A stretch of DNA of 64,000 bases from Naegleria gruberi (taxonomy: Eukaryota), in assembly GCA_000004985.1 (NCBI GenBank), contig GG738858.1; one strand, 5' to 3'. Under the pieces are notes generated by a model. That model was not told the DNA's origin. It worked only from the letters and a program-made list of their open reading frames with translations, and searched no databases. The position numbers and the translations under genes were made by a program. Position 1 is the stretch's first letter. Each line of letters begins with the position of its first letter. Below, piece after piece: positions 1 to 12,243 of the stretch.

Positions 1-550
1 ATGAATTGGTGATGGTATATTCTAATGTATCATTTCCTGCAAAACTTCCACTTGATGTGTAAACAATTGTATTCTTGGCAGATAACACAGCTTTACCATG
101 AGCAGGTTGAGTAATATTGAGAATTGTTAAATTTGAAGATCTAGTATCATAATCATTAGAAAGTGGATAGAAATTTGAAGGCACTTTCTTATAAACTTGA
201 TAATAATCATCCACAGCAACAGGATTGTAAACTGTTGCATTCAAAGTTACCATCAAGATGGTAGCAACAACACTGGCAACAACAAGACTTGAAATAACAG
301 CACCTATAACAGTTTGACTAATAGTGCCTCCCTATTGAAGAAGATGAAAGGATTCACAAACATGATATTCGAAACAATGTTAAAAATTACAGAAACATGA
401 AGAACCATCATGGAACATTATATTTCCATCAATACGCATTAGCAAAGGCTATTCGAAACTAAGTATCCTACAAACCTTCAAGAGGGAAATATTGGCTGTA
501 AAGCCTGTACGAGACACAGTTGAAGAACCCAACACAGTACCTGCAGGCAT
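1..550 (-). CDS. 5' part of a multi-exon gene running off the window: exon 1 476..550 (ATG at 550, MPAGTVLGSSTVSRTGFTANISLLK), GTTTGT-donor intron 332..475, exon 2 331..1 (GGTISQTVIGAVISSLVVASVVATILMVTLNATVYNPVAVDDYY...). Hypothetical membrane/extracellular protein
   Basis: Manual translation of the minus strand; phase-0 GT..AG intron joins the two exons in frame; hydrophobic stretch present. It is not in the ORF track because it is truncated at the window edge. No family recognised. Confidence 0.3.
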
Positions 551-1537
551 CTTCTTGCTAGTTCGTTAACTTTTTTTTTAATGATGTCTTCATCTTGGGG
601 TGTGCGGGAAGAGATGCTCATTTGGTGAACAAGGATGAACACAAGCACATGTTATTGAAGAAACCTCGAGTACTGGATAGCAGTAAGATGCGTTAAAAAC
701 ATTGTTGTTCAAATTGTCAATCGCAGGAAATAGATGACAGAAATTTGTGACTGAAAATATATAGCATTGAATATTTCCAGAATGGCACTCGGAATTTGTC
801 ATCTCAATCATCAAGTCAATTTGAAAAAGGAAGGTACCGTACTGTAAACAGACAATAAACAATAAAAAACATATTGGAAAATATTGTAAATAAGAGGATT
901 TCGTACACTGTAAGAGCAAAAATAACATTATAGAAACTAAACTATTCTGTTCAATTAAGACTCGGTAAGCTAAATTTCAAAGAAATAAGCAATTCCTAGT
1001 TAATTGAAATGAAAATTCAATATTTCTTGTTTGCTTTGACCCAGTTCGCCAAACAACGCATAAATAAAATTGTCAATTCACCCGCTTGCCGAATCTTCAA
1101 ATTTACTCTCGACATAAGACATTAGCCTTGGATTGTCAAGCTTATATGACCTACACCTTAGTTCGTGAATTTCACTATGGCATTCATCACCACAAAAGTC
1201 TCCAACGAGAACTAACCAACTACTAGTATTAGTTCTATTTATTGTACAACTTACGAATTGAGCAGTTCAATTTTTGAACTGGTAGTTCACAAGATGTCAC
1301 TACAGATTCTCGTGTTTTACAGTATCAGCAGGTTTTTTAGTTCGCTACTGGTTCGCAGTGAGTTGAAACCTTATTGAGTGTGAAAGTGTTTGTGTTGAAT
1401 TAAACTCATTCCATGAGAGTTAAACTATGATGAATGGCATAGAATGTGTTCGAATTCGATTTTAGTAAGAATTCAATGAATTGTATTCCATTTTGGTCCA
1501 CTTCCACAGCTTATTCCTATCAAATATGTGAGAGAGT

Positions 1538-2848
1538 TTACAATTTGTGCATATCATGCTCAAGGATATGCATCACAGTTTCAAGTATTGTTTGATCCAA
1601 ATCTGTAAACTCCAATCCATATTTGCCTTTAACATAATTATTCGAAAAATGTAATTCCTTCCCAACCATTCCTCTCAATAAATCATATTGAGGTTTTGGT
1701 CCTGTTAAGTAAGCTCCTAACAATAGGATTTTATCTCCGATTGTATTTTCTAAAAATGGTATCTGAGTGGGAAGTTTCAGCTTCTTTTTTTCAAGAATTT
1801 GAAGAGCTTGTGGATATTTTGATATGGCCTGACAAATATCTCTTGTGCAAATTGTGTTATTGTGAACAATGACACGTTCTTGATTTGATGCCAAGTAATC
1901 ATGATCTATGTAAAATCCATTTGATTGATCATTTACGGGTTTTGATGTTTTTTCCATGACTAGACAATGAGCTAGTGCAACATCTCTCACATCGACAGAT
2001 GGACAGAATAATCTGACATGTGCTGGTATATCTACAATACTTGAAATAATTGGTTGCATTCCAATATTCTTTCTAATTCCTATTGATGGTCCAAACATGG
2101 TCGAAGGAAGAACTGCTGCAATTTCCAATTGAGTATTTGAAAATTCTCCTTTCAATAATTCAAAAGCTTCCCTTTCCGACATTGTTTTACAATAGGCATA
2201 TGTACATTGAGTGAGAGATGCCTTATCATTCCATTCTGCTTCATCAAAGTAATGCCAACTCTTTGATTTATAATCCCAAAGAGCATCTGTTGATACTGCT
2301 GTAATGGAGGATGTAAAAATCAATCTCTTCAATCTCCTTGAGTCATTTCTCTCGTTCTGCTCCTTTCTAATTTTTACACATTCTCTCACTACATTTTTCA
2401 CACCATTTACAATTGGATCAAAGAGCTCTGATTTTGGATCTGATGAATTTCTGGTGAGTGCATCATCAAGTGGACACGCAGTAGCAAACACTCCATCACA
2501 ATCCAAAAATGCATTGTAAAAACTTCCATCTTTTGCCAAATCTGCTTGAAAAAATTGCAAATTATCATCCAAACCCTCCTGACAAGCAGCCTTCTTTATA
2601 AATTCATAATTTTCCACCTTTCCCAAATTCCTCACTGTCAAATTAACTGCATGTCCACGTCGGAGAAGAGTCATTACTAGATGACTTCCTAAAAATCCCG
2701 AACCACCAATTACACAATATTTTCTTTTTGAATTTTCTTTCAATGGTAAAGAGGTTTCTTCCATGTTGTTTGTTGCCAATTCTTGTTGTTGATTAATAGT
2801 GGTGATGTGATGTTGTTGAGAATAATCTTCGGGATAGTTTGTTCCCAT
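1538..2848 (-). CDS. NAD(P)-dependent epimerase/dehydratase (extended SDR, cinnamoyl-CoA-reductase/3beta-HSD-like), single exon, 436 aa with a Q-rich N-terminus
   Basis: Rossmann motif YCVIGGSGFLGSHLV close to the N-terminus; length and motif order typical of extended SDRs; uninterrupted 1311-nt ORF. Confidence 0.65.
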   Translation of the reverse strand: MGTNYPEDYSQQHHITTINQQQELATNNMEETSLPLKENSKRKYCVIGGSGFLGSHLVMTLLRRGHAVNLTVRNLGKVENYEFIKKAACQEGLDDNLQFFQADLAKDGSFYNAFLDCDGVFATACPLDDALTRNSSDPKSELFDPIVNGVKNVVRECVKIRKEQNERNDSRRLKRLIFTSSITAVSTDALWDYKSKSWHYFDEAEWNDKASLTQCTYAYCKTMSEREAFELLKGEFSNTQLEIAAVLPSTMFGPSIGIRKNIGMQPIISSIVDIPAHVRLFCPSVDVRDVALAHCLVMEKTSKPVNDQSNGFYIDHDYLASNQERVIVHNNTICTRDICQAISKYPQALQILEKKKLKLPTQIPFLENTIGDKILLLGAYLTGPKPQYDLLRGMVGKELHFSNNYVKGKYGLEFTDLDQTILETVMHILEHDMHKL

Positions 2849-3402
2849 TTTTTTATTAAACCTTCATAATTCGGAGTGCACTTATGTTGTGTTGTAATAA
2901 AATTAATTTATTCTTCAATGTAGTGTTACAACATTTAAGGTTTTATTAAAATAATAAAAAAATATTTAAAAAATGATACAACATGATCAATACTTTCATT
3001 ATTTTGTGTTTCATTTGAATGGTTTATTTAAAGAATTTGAAATATTTTTAATATCTTTTAATTACAATAACATTAACTTATTAGAGGAAGTTGGAAATGA
3101 AAAATTTAGAGAACACAATTATGGCATTTTCAATATTGTTTTGGGGTTTCAAATAGAGCTTGGCATAGGCGAGGATCTAATTGTAGTTATTATGATTTAT
3201 TTAATGGGAATTCGAAGAAGTTATCTGCAGAAGATGAGCTAAGGTTTTGAGTTTTCTTGTTCTTTGGTGTTGGGGATATTGTGATAATTTTTGAGCATGG
3301 AAAACACCGAACCCATATTTTATTTATTATATTTAAGTTTACAATAATGTCTTAGAATTAAACACTACATTACATACGAGTGAGATGAAATACACTCGAT
3401 GA

Positions 3403-3473
3403 GCATTAGTAGTGTAACGGTATCATACCAGCCTTCCAAGCTGGTGACCCGGGTTCGACTCCCGGCTAATGCA
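3403..3473 (+). tRNA. tRNA-Gly (anticodon UCC), 71 nt, no intron
   Basis: GCATTAGTAGTGTAACGGTATCATACCAGCCTTCCAAGCTGGTGACCCGGGTTCGACTCCCGGCTAATGCA folds as a cloverleaf: 7-bp acceptor stem, anticodon loop CTTCCAA, T-arm GGGTTCGACTCCC. Near-identical to eukaryotic cytosolic tRNA-Gly-TCC. Confidence 0.85.
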
Positions 3474-3527
3474 TCTCAATTTTAATTTTACAGTCATTCA
3501 ATTAAAATATTGAAATTTTAAAAAAAA

Positions 3528-4868
3528 ATGAGTGAAAATCATGATGAAACATTGACCAACAATTTGCTTGCATCGGAAGATGATGACAAAATGACAACTT
3601 CAACAGTTAATGCTGATAATGGCGGAGAACAACAAGATGATGAATATTTCCAATCTTATTTTGATTGTTCAGTTCATGAATTGATGATAAAGGATAAACC
3701 AAGAACTGATGGTTATTTAAAATCAATTGTGGAGAATGCTCATGTTTTTAAAGATAAAATTGTGATGGGTGAGTGATTTTATATATGAATTTATATTGAA
3801 TTTCATAGATGTTGGTGCTGGAACTGGTATTTTGAGTTTATTTGCTGCTAAATATGGTGGTGCTAAGAAAGTTTATGCTGTGGAAGCAAGTCCTATGGCT
3901 AATTTTACTAAATTATTTGTTGAACATAATGGATTGCAAGATGTGATTGAAGTTATTCATGGAAGAGTTGAGGAAATTGTTCTTCCTGTTGAAAAGGTTG
4001 ATATTATTATTAGTGAATGGATGGGATTCTACTTGTTACATGAGGTGAGTGGTTTTGGAGTTTGTGAATTTAAAAATGATTGAAATTGTTCTTCTTAATG
4101 CTTCAAATTATTGCAAATTTTAATGGAAAATTATGGAAAATTACGATGAAATGGAAAATGTTATTTAATTAGGGTATGCTCGACTCTGTTCTCTATGCTA
4201 GAGACAAGTATTTAAATCAAGATGGTTTACTATTCCCTCAAAAGGCCATTATTTACATGAGTCCATGTGAAATGAATAATTTATACAAGGAAAAGGTTAA
4301 TTTCTGGGAAGATGTTTATGGATTTGATATGAGTGCAATCATGTCTATGGCCATGTATGAAATTTCCTTAAAACCAAAGGTTGACATTATTTCACCTTCT
4401 CAACTTTTGCTTAAAAATCCAATTGTTGTGAAGGAATTGGATTTGGGTAAAATTACTGTTGATGATTTGAAATATATTGATTGTGAATGTCACATTACTC
4501 TGGATAATATCACTGATGAAGAAGCTCAAACACATGTTCATGGATTTTGTGTATGGTTCGATGTTGTTTTTGAACCAAACAAGGTCATTCTCTCAACTAG
4601 TCCAGCTGCTCCACCAACTCACTGGAAACAAACAATTATTATGCTTCCTCAAGCTATGACCATTCCAGCTTCCAAGAAAATCCCAAAGACTACTCTTGTC
4701 ATGACACCAAGTGATGAAAATCCAAGACATTACGATTTGTCACTCGATATTCCAGATGCTTTCAAAGAAGATTTTGAAGATGACGAAATGGATCTCAAAG
4801 ATATTATTATGAATCAATACGCAGCAGAAATGGAAGATGTTGATGAGGAACAAGAAGAACAAGAATAA
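3528..4868 (+). CDS. PRMT6: Type I protein arginine N-methyltransferase, PRMT6-like. Exons 3528..3768, 3809..4044, 4173..4868; introns have GTGAGT donors
   Basis: SAM motif [19 protein letters not shown] is reconstituted across intron 1; double-E loop [13 protein letters not shown] spans intron 2; THWKQT motif present; PRMT6-like blocks VSVHELMI..RTDGY and [13 protein letters not shown]; acidic C-terminal tail. Confidence 0.85.
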
Positions 4869-4943
4869 ATAGATTCTGTCTGTTGAACAGTCAAGTAAGG
4901 CTCAAGCCCAAAAAGTGGTTATTATTATCAAAATTTTGTTGGT

Positions 4944-7029
4944 TTATTGGAATTTACTCAAATTGGAATATATTTCAGACTGAGAAATAAGAGCTTTGGA
5001 CAAATCTAGAGTGTCAGATTGGTTATTATTGTCAGTTGAGCTTAGAGAAGAAGAATTAGGGATGAATGGATTTGTTTGTTGTTGGAATGTACTATTGTTG
5101 TTGTTGTTGCCTATTGTTGAATAATAATTCTGGAGATAGTTATTTTGAGGTGTCATATTATTCATATTGTTCACTTGTTGGTTTTGATAGTAGGTAGTAG
5201 TTGGGTTATTATTGTTGTTATTTGTCATTACGCCTCTATTGATGATGGCCAACAAATTATTGTATGCATTATCTCCACCATTATTTGGTACGTAATTACC
5301 ATTATTAAAGTAGAATTGTTGAGCATTTTGTTGAGTTGGAGCATTATTGAATGTAAAGTTTTGATTATTTACAGGAGAGTTGATGAAGGTATTATTGTTT
5401 GGATAGGTAGGTGTCATTTGCATGTTTTGAGGTGGTGGAGATACATCATTCATCTTTCTCTTCTTTCTATCAATTTCAATAGCATTCACTTGATGTTGCA
5501 CGAAATTGTAATTCATGTTACCCATATTTGAAGTGTTTGGCATACTATTTCCATATTGGTTATTAGTGAACATGTTTGGCTGTTGAACATTTTTCATATC
5601 CATTTGTTGTTGTTGTTGTGGATACAAATTATTATTGTTGAGAGTAACATGTTCTACGCTTCTCATCTTTCTCTTTCCATTAGAGTTGTCAACTTGCATT
5701 TGTTGTTGTGATTGATTCATAATAATTGGAACACCATTATTATTTGTAACAATTGTAGTTGGAGTAGAATTCTGAGAAGAAGAACCACCCTTAACTTGTG
5801 ATCCTCTTCTTTGTGGAGTTTTACCATTGTGCACAACTGATCGCATTTGTCCCATGATGGCACCACTCTTAACATGTGTATTGGTAATCACTTGATTGTG
5901 GAATGTAATTGAGTTGTTTTCAGAACCTTCTGATTCTTGCATGGTATCTGAATTGTTATCGAAATTACCAGAAACTGCACATTTTGGATCCATTTTGATT
6001 TGTTGGATTTGCTTTTCAACATTGGTAATATCATTCTTCATGGTCATGATTCTATTCTCAACATTTTGTCTTTTAAGTGGATCGATAATAACTTTGCTTT
6101 GTTTCAACAACTTTTCAAGTAAAATATTCTTCTCATTAATTTTAGATTTCAAACTAAAGTAAAGTTAGTGAGAGGAGGATAAACATGTATTGAATGGCAT
6201 GCTATTACTTACGATTGTATCTTTCTGTATGGCCATCTTGGAATACCAACAGCTGTTTACAAATCCAATACAAAACGGTTCATTATTCCAAAAAGTATTA
6301 AAGTTGACAAATTTAGAAAAGTAATTTTCACAAGGGGAAATTAATAATTGTAACCATGACACAACACGGGAAAATACTTACTTCTACAAACTCTCTTCAG
6401 TTGAGTCAATGAAATATTCAGCATGGCAGCCACATTCTTGATTGGAGTCTCAAAGTGAGGTCTCAACTGATCAACCGTAAATGTGATTGGAGTATATATG
6501 TTCTTAGCAGAATTCTCTTGATCATTAGGTGAGTTATTCTTTACTTCCTTCTTATTATTTTGCTTTTGTTCAATTGTAGCAGTACTTGTAATATTATTGT
6601 GGTTGAGTAACATGTGATCGATGAGTTCATGTGAAGGCATGTGAGATGGTATTATTGCATGTTGATGATGATGAATACTGCTGCTATTACTACTATCCAT
6701 ATCAACTACATGATCATTCACTGAACCATTGTTAGTACTTGATAAAAATTGATTAGGAAAACCTTCATTAGCCAAATCCATAATTTGAAAATCAATTCCC
6801 TCGAGAGCTTCATCTAAACACTGTTGATGAGTATTAATTGTCTGACTATTACTATTATTTGAGTTCATAATCAAATTAGAAAAGGAATTGAGTGAATTAT
6901 CCAAAGATGACGAATCCTCCATGCCACTATGAAAATTGTTTACATGAAATTGATTTTGTTGCATGGTTGACGTTAGGCTATTATTATGATTGAAATGTTG
7001 TTGTTGTTGCTGATTATGGCTTGTATTAC
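4944..7029 (-). CDS. RWP-RK domain transcription-factor-like gene with poly-N/Q low complexity and a C-terminal coiled coil. Inferred exons (minus): approximately 7029..6382 (ATG at 6964, but the frame stays open upstream), 6252..6213 (40-nt exon encoding ..VGIPRWPYRKIQ), 6153..4944
   Basis: The sequence ...ISLTQLKRVCR|T VGIPRWPYRK IQ|SLKSKINEK... only appears after removing two GTAAGT introns (6254..6381 and 6154..6212). This is the RWP-RK signature. It is followed by a heptad-like coiled coil (ILLEKLLKQSKVIIDPLKRQNVENRIMTMKNDITNVEKQIQQIK) and an N/Q/S/T-rich tail. Confidence 0.6.
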
Positions 7030-7126
7030 CTAGACAATTATTACCAACAGTATTATTATTATTAGTAGTATTGATAGTATTGATAGATTATTATTATTAG
7101 AAGTAGTTAATGTTGTATTATTATTA

Positions 7127-8273
7127 TTATTCATAGAAAGGCTTGTTACTGGTGTTTGATGATGATGATGACAATGCGGCAGTAGCATTACCAATAACAG
7201 TACTGCTGTTGTTGTTGCTGTTGCTGTTATTACTACCTACAACAACATTACCTGAATGTTGTTGATAAGAGTTTGATTGCGCGCTCATCAATAACTGGTG
7301 ATGTTGTTGTTGTTGTGGAGATTGGAAAGATTGAGTGGTGGAGGAGGTAGTTGAGTGGTTTTTTCCATATTCTTGTTCAAAGGCAATAGATGACTTTTCT
7401 GAGAGAATCAAATGATGTTGTGGTTGGTTATTGTTGAGGAGAGGACCTTCAATCAGTACAAGATTGTTACTGGAGGATGAATTAAAGAATGGATGATGAT
7501 GTTGCATGAGAATGGAATGTTGTTGATTAGCAGTAGCAGAACTGGTAGTAGTTGAATTGTTGTTATTATTATTATTATTATTGGATGGTGAATTTGTTGT
7601 CATTGATTGTTGTTGATGATGATTAACATGTGATAATGATGATGATGAGGAAGAGGCTTGATTTGATCGATTTCTTATAATATTATTATTGGCCAATTCA
7701 GCTGTTGCAACTGCAGTTGTTGTGAGGTTATTAGTGGTGGAGACAATTTTTCTTCTTCTTCTACTTGTTGCGAATCTTTTTCTAATAGAGCAATGTCAAT
7801 AATGAATGGAATGATTGAGTATTGTGAGAAGTAGTAGTAATGGAGGTATTTTGTGTAGCTGATGCTGATGGTAGTGCTTGTGCGTTAATATTATCGGTTG
7901 CAGAGAGACTAGTTAAACCAGAAAAAGTATCTATTCTCTCAGATGGGATTGTTTTGCGTTCAATTTTTGACAAATGACTGCCAGAATGAGAGTTGTAATT
8001 TAATCCTTGTGTAGTGAATGTAGAGGAATTTCTGGATTGTTGGTGCGATGCGGTATGTGCTTCTGATGGGTAAGTGTCGCTCACTGTCATTCCATCAATG
8101 GAATATGAGTGCCATGAAGGTTGACCAAAATTTTGATATTGCTGAATACTTTGGGAATTAATGTGCATGTTGAAATCTGTATTGTTATCCTCAGTTTCAA
8201 ATGGGTACATATCGGTTGTTTCTTTGGTTAAATTCCTGATAAGGTTTCGGTTTGTTTCGTTCGGATTATTCAT
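7127..8273 (-). other. Upstream N/Q/S-rich ORFs (7782..8273 with ATG at 8273; 7127..7696), probably 5' coding exons of the same RWP-RK gene. The 7127..7696 ORF is in the same frame as the 6964 ATG; only a 39-nt (AAT)n segment read out of frame separates them
   Basis: Same strand, same low-complexity composition; frame analysis of 6961..7140; no clean GT..AG found to join them, so it is either a repeat-length indel/assembly error or an unrecognised splice. Confidence 0.3.
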
Positions 8274-9543
8274 GTGTTTAGGATTAGATTTTCTTCAAAT
8301 TAAATTACTTGTTATTATTAATCTATGTTAAAGATATAAATGTTGATATCAAAATGTGGAAAGAGTTGGTTTCGAATACTACTTTCCAATAACTATCGTT
8401 GTATTGAACTGTTTTTCTATGATTTGTTTTGAATGTTGACTGTAGTAACACAGATTGCAGGAGGATCAAAATCTTTGTGAAATTCGAGTCAATCCAGTAG
8501 GTACGACCTGATTCTTGTTTGTGGAAGAATTAAACAAATCAGGAACTGGTGTTAGAAACAAGTTTTAGATTTCTGTTGTTTTTTTTGAATGCACTCTCAA
8601 CAAGGTAAAATATCTTGTAATTAAAATGTGGTGCGTCTCTGTTTGATTATTGTTGAGTTGGCATGACTCAAGTGCGGATGGAAACTAAACAATTCGAATA
8701 AAATGAAGAACAACATGAAAGAAAGGTTGGATGAGACGCCATCATTGTGAAATTTAAACAAATTGTATTGCATAAATTTACTCAAAAAGGGTTATTGTAT
8801 GACAAGTGGAATGAACTATCACTGAGATTAGTTTGGATTCTCTTTTTTAAGATTACCGGCTTCTTGTTAGGAATTTGGATGATAAATTGTCTTATTGTAT
8901 CAAGTCTAATTAATTGGTCATGAATGCAGTTCATTTTCATATATGAAAAATGTTTCTTGACAAGGGGTTTCAGTTACAGTTTCTGTTTCTTCACATTGTT
9001 ACAATACGTGATAATATATTTAAACCTAGTCTTGTTTGGTTCACAGCTTTATCAAGTCAAGGCTCTCTATTTTCATATTTATGGCCCTCAAATTAGTTTC
9101 GGTGATTTTACTTGCCTTCCTTATCATGATTTACAATTCATAGTGGCAGTTGACTGGATGATTATCCTTCATTACTGTAGCACGGTGTTATCGAAATTTT
9201 AATTGTAGTGTACCAGGTTAATGTGTCCACACTACATTTCAATAATTAACAATTGGTAATGTGGTTTGTAACATTGGTGGCCGCTCTCACAAAAAGTACA
9301 TTGTTATGTTTTTGATATTAGTTGCGTTGAGGCTTGAAAAAGACTTACTTTTATTGGACGATGATTACGAAGGGTTTTTAATATTGTAACTTTTGTACAA
9401 ATCAGATTCTTCTCTGAGGTCTTTATTTGAAAGATTTCGGTGCGCAGGTTTCGTTCTGTGCTGTGTTGCACATGTGGCATAATTTATATTTGTTTCTTGC
9501 TTAATTTGAGAAATTATAATTTATTTTTGATGTTTGAATGCAT

Positions 9544-10930
9544 TTAGAATGAATTATCTTCATCTACAGTTTTTGGTGTTTCAGATTGAGGAGTAGTGGT
9601 TGTTTCGTCTACAGTTTTTGGTGTTGTTTCAGTTTCCAAATTTGGTGTTGTTTCAGAAGGTGTGGTGGTTGGCTTAGTTTCTTCTTTAACATTTTCAGAT
9701 AAAACCTCTTGTGGAGTTTCTGGTTTTGGAGTTTCAACAAGCTTTTCAGAAGATGGTTCAGTAACTTGTGGAGATTGAGTTTCTTCTTCTTCCTTAAGAG
9801 TGGTCAATTCAGTAATGGTCTTTTTTGGATCTCTTTCACGATTATATGGTTTGAAATGATACTTTGTCAAAAGGCATGAACCAATACTTTGGAATCTGGA
9901 AGAAATAAATGTTTGATCTGTTTCAACATTAATCTTGAAAACATCCTCATTATTTTCAAAGATTGAAATCATGGTATTGAATGCATGTGAATAAGTAGTG
10001 TCAGGTCTATTTTGTGAATATTCCTTAAGAGTCTTTTCAATAAGCATGTCAAATAATTGGTCACTTTTAACTTTCTTACTAACTTTGCTATTTCCTAAAC
10101 AATCCACTCTGTAAGCTAAATTTTCAAGATGATCCTTTGCAATATTTGCAAATTTATAACCCAAAATTCCAGTACTATCATTACGAACACAAACTTGATT
10201 ATCATGAACAATGTAATTTGGTGAAATACATGATTGAATTGAAAATAGAGAACATTCGGCATTTCTTGGACATTGTTGACATGGATACCAAGAATATTCT
10301 TCATTATTTTAAATTATTGAATATTTTAAAAAACATGTTGAAGTTGAATTTTAAAATTCGAATAGTATTTAAAAAATCACACCAAAAGGTCATTTTCAAT
10401 AAATTCATTAAAAATAAATTCCAAACACTTTCGAATAAAAGAAACATACCATTACAATAAGGTCTATTTGATGAAACAAACAAAATTGCAACCACAGCAA
10501 CAACAATTAACAAAATGGTTGAAATTTTCGAATTGGTAGATTTAGCATCATCAGAAACATCCTTCATTTGCTTGACTAATTTAGTCAACTCAATCACAGT
10601 TGCACTTTGTGATTCTCTCCTAGCAATAAACGCAGCTTTTCTCGGAGTAAAGCTTGGAGTTGAACGACTATCAGGAATATCTTCTTCATCATCAAAAATT
10701 GCTGATTTTTCATGGATTAAATCTTCTTCTTCGTCTGTATCGTGAAGATCCATCATTTCATCAACTTTGGCAATTTCTTCATCCGGAATTTCTTCAATTT
10801 CTTGTTGTTGGCCAATTTGTAAGAATTGATTAAAGGACAAGTCAGAAATTTCTTGATAAATTATTGCTGGCTTGCTTTTTGATGGGGTTTTGAAGGGACT
10901 GCCAAAATCATAGCTAGTTGATGATGACAT
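9544..10930 (-). CDS. Single-pass membrane protein with an acidic N-terminus, a TM (ISTILLIVVAVVAILFV) and a Cys-rich domain after the TM (PCQQCPRNAECS...C..Y). Possibly a MAN1/Src1 C-terminal (MSC)-like nuclear-envelope protein, low confidence. Exons 10930..10450 and 10298..9544
   Basis: ATG at 10930; GTATGT donor after ..NRPYCN; phase-1 acceptor restores the frame into ORF 9544..10164; T/P/E-rich C-terminal tail. The domain assignment is by motif memory only. Confidence 0.45.
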
Positions 10931-11165
10931 TTTTTTATTTGTTGTTTTTTAACGGTTGGCAGGTGATTGGTGGGAAAGTGTGCACTCATTTGACAAGAAG
11001 TGTCCTATTATGTTTGATCTTTGAGCTTACGGAAAATCATTTACTTTTTTCATAAATTAGTTTAATTTCACACTTGGATTAGTATAGCTTAACACGAAAG
11101 TAAATAAAAACTTTCTTCATTTTCAATATTTAATTTTTATATGAATTTTTTTAAATTTAAAAAAA

Positions 11166-12242
11166 ATGCCAATTTCTGATAAAGCCTATTTGGCCAAGTA
11201 TTTGAAACCTGCTACTGGTAGCAGTGGATCTTCTGATTCTTGGATGGAGGAAAAGAAGAGAAAGGTTGAGAAGGATTCAAAGATTATTATTCCAAAGTCT
11301 TACGGAAGGGCTGATTCCGATGAGGAAGATGATGATCAAGTGGATGATGAACAGGAAGTGATGAATCAAGTTGGAGAAAAGGGTTCAACTGGCTCTTCTT
11401 CCGAACCATTAGAAAATCAATTAAAGAGGAAAAGACATGATAGTGATGATGAGGATGAGGATTTATCACCTGTGAGAGAACCTGTAGTAAATAGGAATGA
11501 TGCACCTTCAAAGAGGAGACATGATAGTGATGATGATGAGGATTTGTCTCCTCCTAGGCCATCAAAAGAATCAGTTGTACAGAAAAAGAGGCATGATAGT
11601 GACGATGAGGATTTGTCTCCTGTTAGAGAGCCTGTTACGAAGAGAAGACACGACAGTGATGATGATTTGTCTCCTGTGAGAGGTTCTACACGTTCGGAAG
11701 CAAAAAGTGATGCACACAGTACAGCAAAAGAAACTAGTGAAAATCAAACTGTCTACAGACATCCTGAAACAAAGAAAATTATTACTTTTGAGGAATATTC
11801 AGAACTCATGAAAAAGAAAAAGAGACAAACAAAAAAGATTACACAAAATGAAATTACATGGGCTAAAGGATTAAAACAGCAGGAGGAACGTCAAGAAATG
11901 ATATCAGAGTTTGATTCTATCAAGAGTGGTGAATATAAACCAATTTATGAAACAGATTCTTCATACAATCAACTATTGAAAGAACAATTAAAAGAAGAAG
12001 ATCCAATGGCCAGATTAATTACTGAAAAAAAGAAAAACCAACAAGATTCTAAAAAGTCAAAAACCAAAAAGAAGAAATTCTATGATGGTCCACATCCTGA
12101 AAATAGATTTAATATCAAGCCTGGTTGGAGATGGGATGGTGTAGATAGAAGTAACGGATTTGAAAATCAATATTTCAAACATATGAACAATGTTAAAGAC
12201 AGAGAAGATAGAGAATTTTTGTGGAGTAATGCTGATTTATAA
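11166..12242 (+). CDS. BUD13: BUD13/CWC26 (RES-complex splicing factor) homolog, single exon
   Basis: C-terminal signature YDGPHPENRFNIKPGWRWDGVDRSNGFE; four tandem KRRHDSDDEDLSPVREPV repeats typical of BUD13 orthologs; Lys-rich middle region. Confidence 0.8.
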   Translation: MPISDKAYLAKYLKPATGSSGSSDSWMEEKKRKVEKDSKIIIPKSYGRADSDEEDDDQVDDEQEVMNQVGEKGSTGSSSEPLENQLKRKRHDSDDEDEDLSPVREPVVNRNDAPSKRRHDSDDDEDLSPPRPSKESVVQKKRHDSDDEDLSPVREPVTKRRHDSDDDLSPVRGSTRSEAKSDAHSTAKETSENQTVYRHPETKKIITFEEYSELMKKKKRQTKKITQNEITWAKGLKQQEERQEMISEFDSIKSGEYKPIYETDSSYNQLLKEQLKEEDPMARLITEKKKNQQDSKKSKTKKKKFYDGPHPENRFNIKPGWRWDGVDRSNGFENQYFKHMNNVKDREDREFLWSNADL

Positions 12243-12243
12243 C

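Noticed and set aside
5145-5531. Plus-strand ORFs (5145..5531, 5896..6162) inside the RWP-RK gene, and other antisense or embedded ORFs in the track (for example 2304..2519, 4477..4659, 9596..9778, 15373..15576, 49943..50290 minus, 47711..48184 minus, 48671..49141 minus)
   Set aside because: They lie antisense to or out of frame with well-supported genes. Their composition mirrors the low-complexity coding strand (for example poly-V opposite poly-T, or poly-S opposite poly-E). No conserved motifs; treated as spurious.
9205-9237. 8-bp stem hairpin TGTAGTGT-N17-ACACTACA about 300 nt 3' of the 9544 gene
   Set aside because: It is short, isolated, and has no partner repeat elsewhere in the window. 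Most likely a chance palindrome in AT-rich intergenic DNA.
8274-9543. 1.27-kb region without a recognisable ORF upstream of the 8273 ATG
   Set aside because: No splice-consistent ORF, RNA-gene signature or repeat structure was found. Interpreted as promoter/5' UTR of the minus-strand poly-N/RWP-RK locus, but an ncRNA cannot be excluded without expression data.
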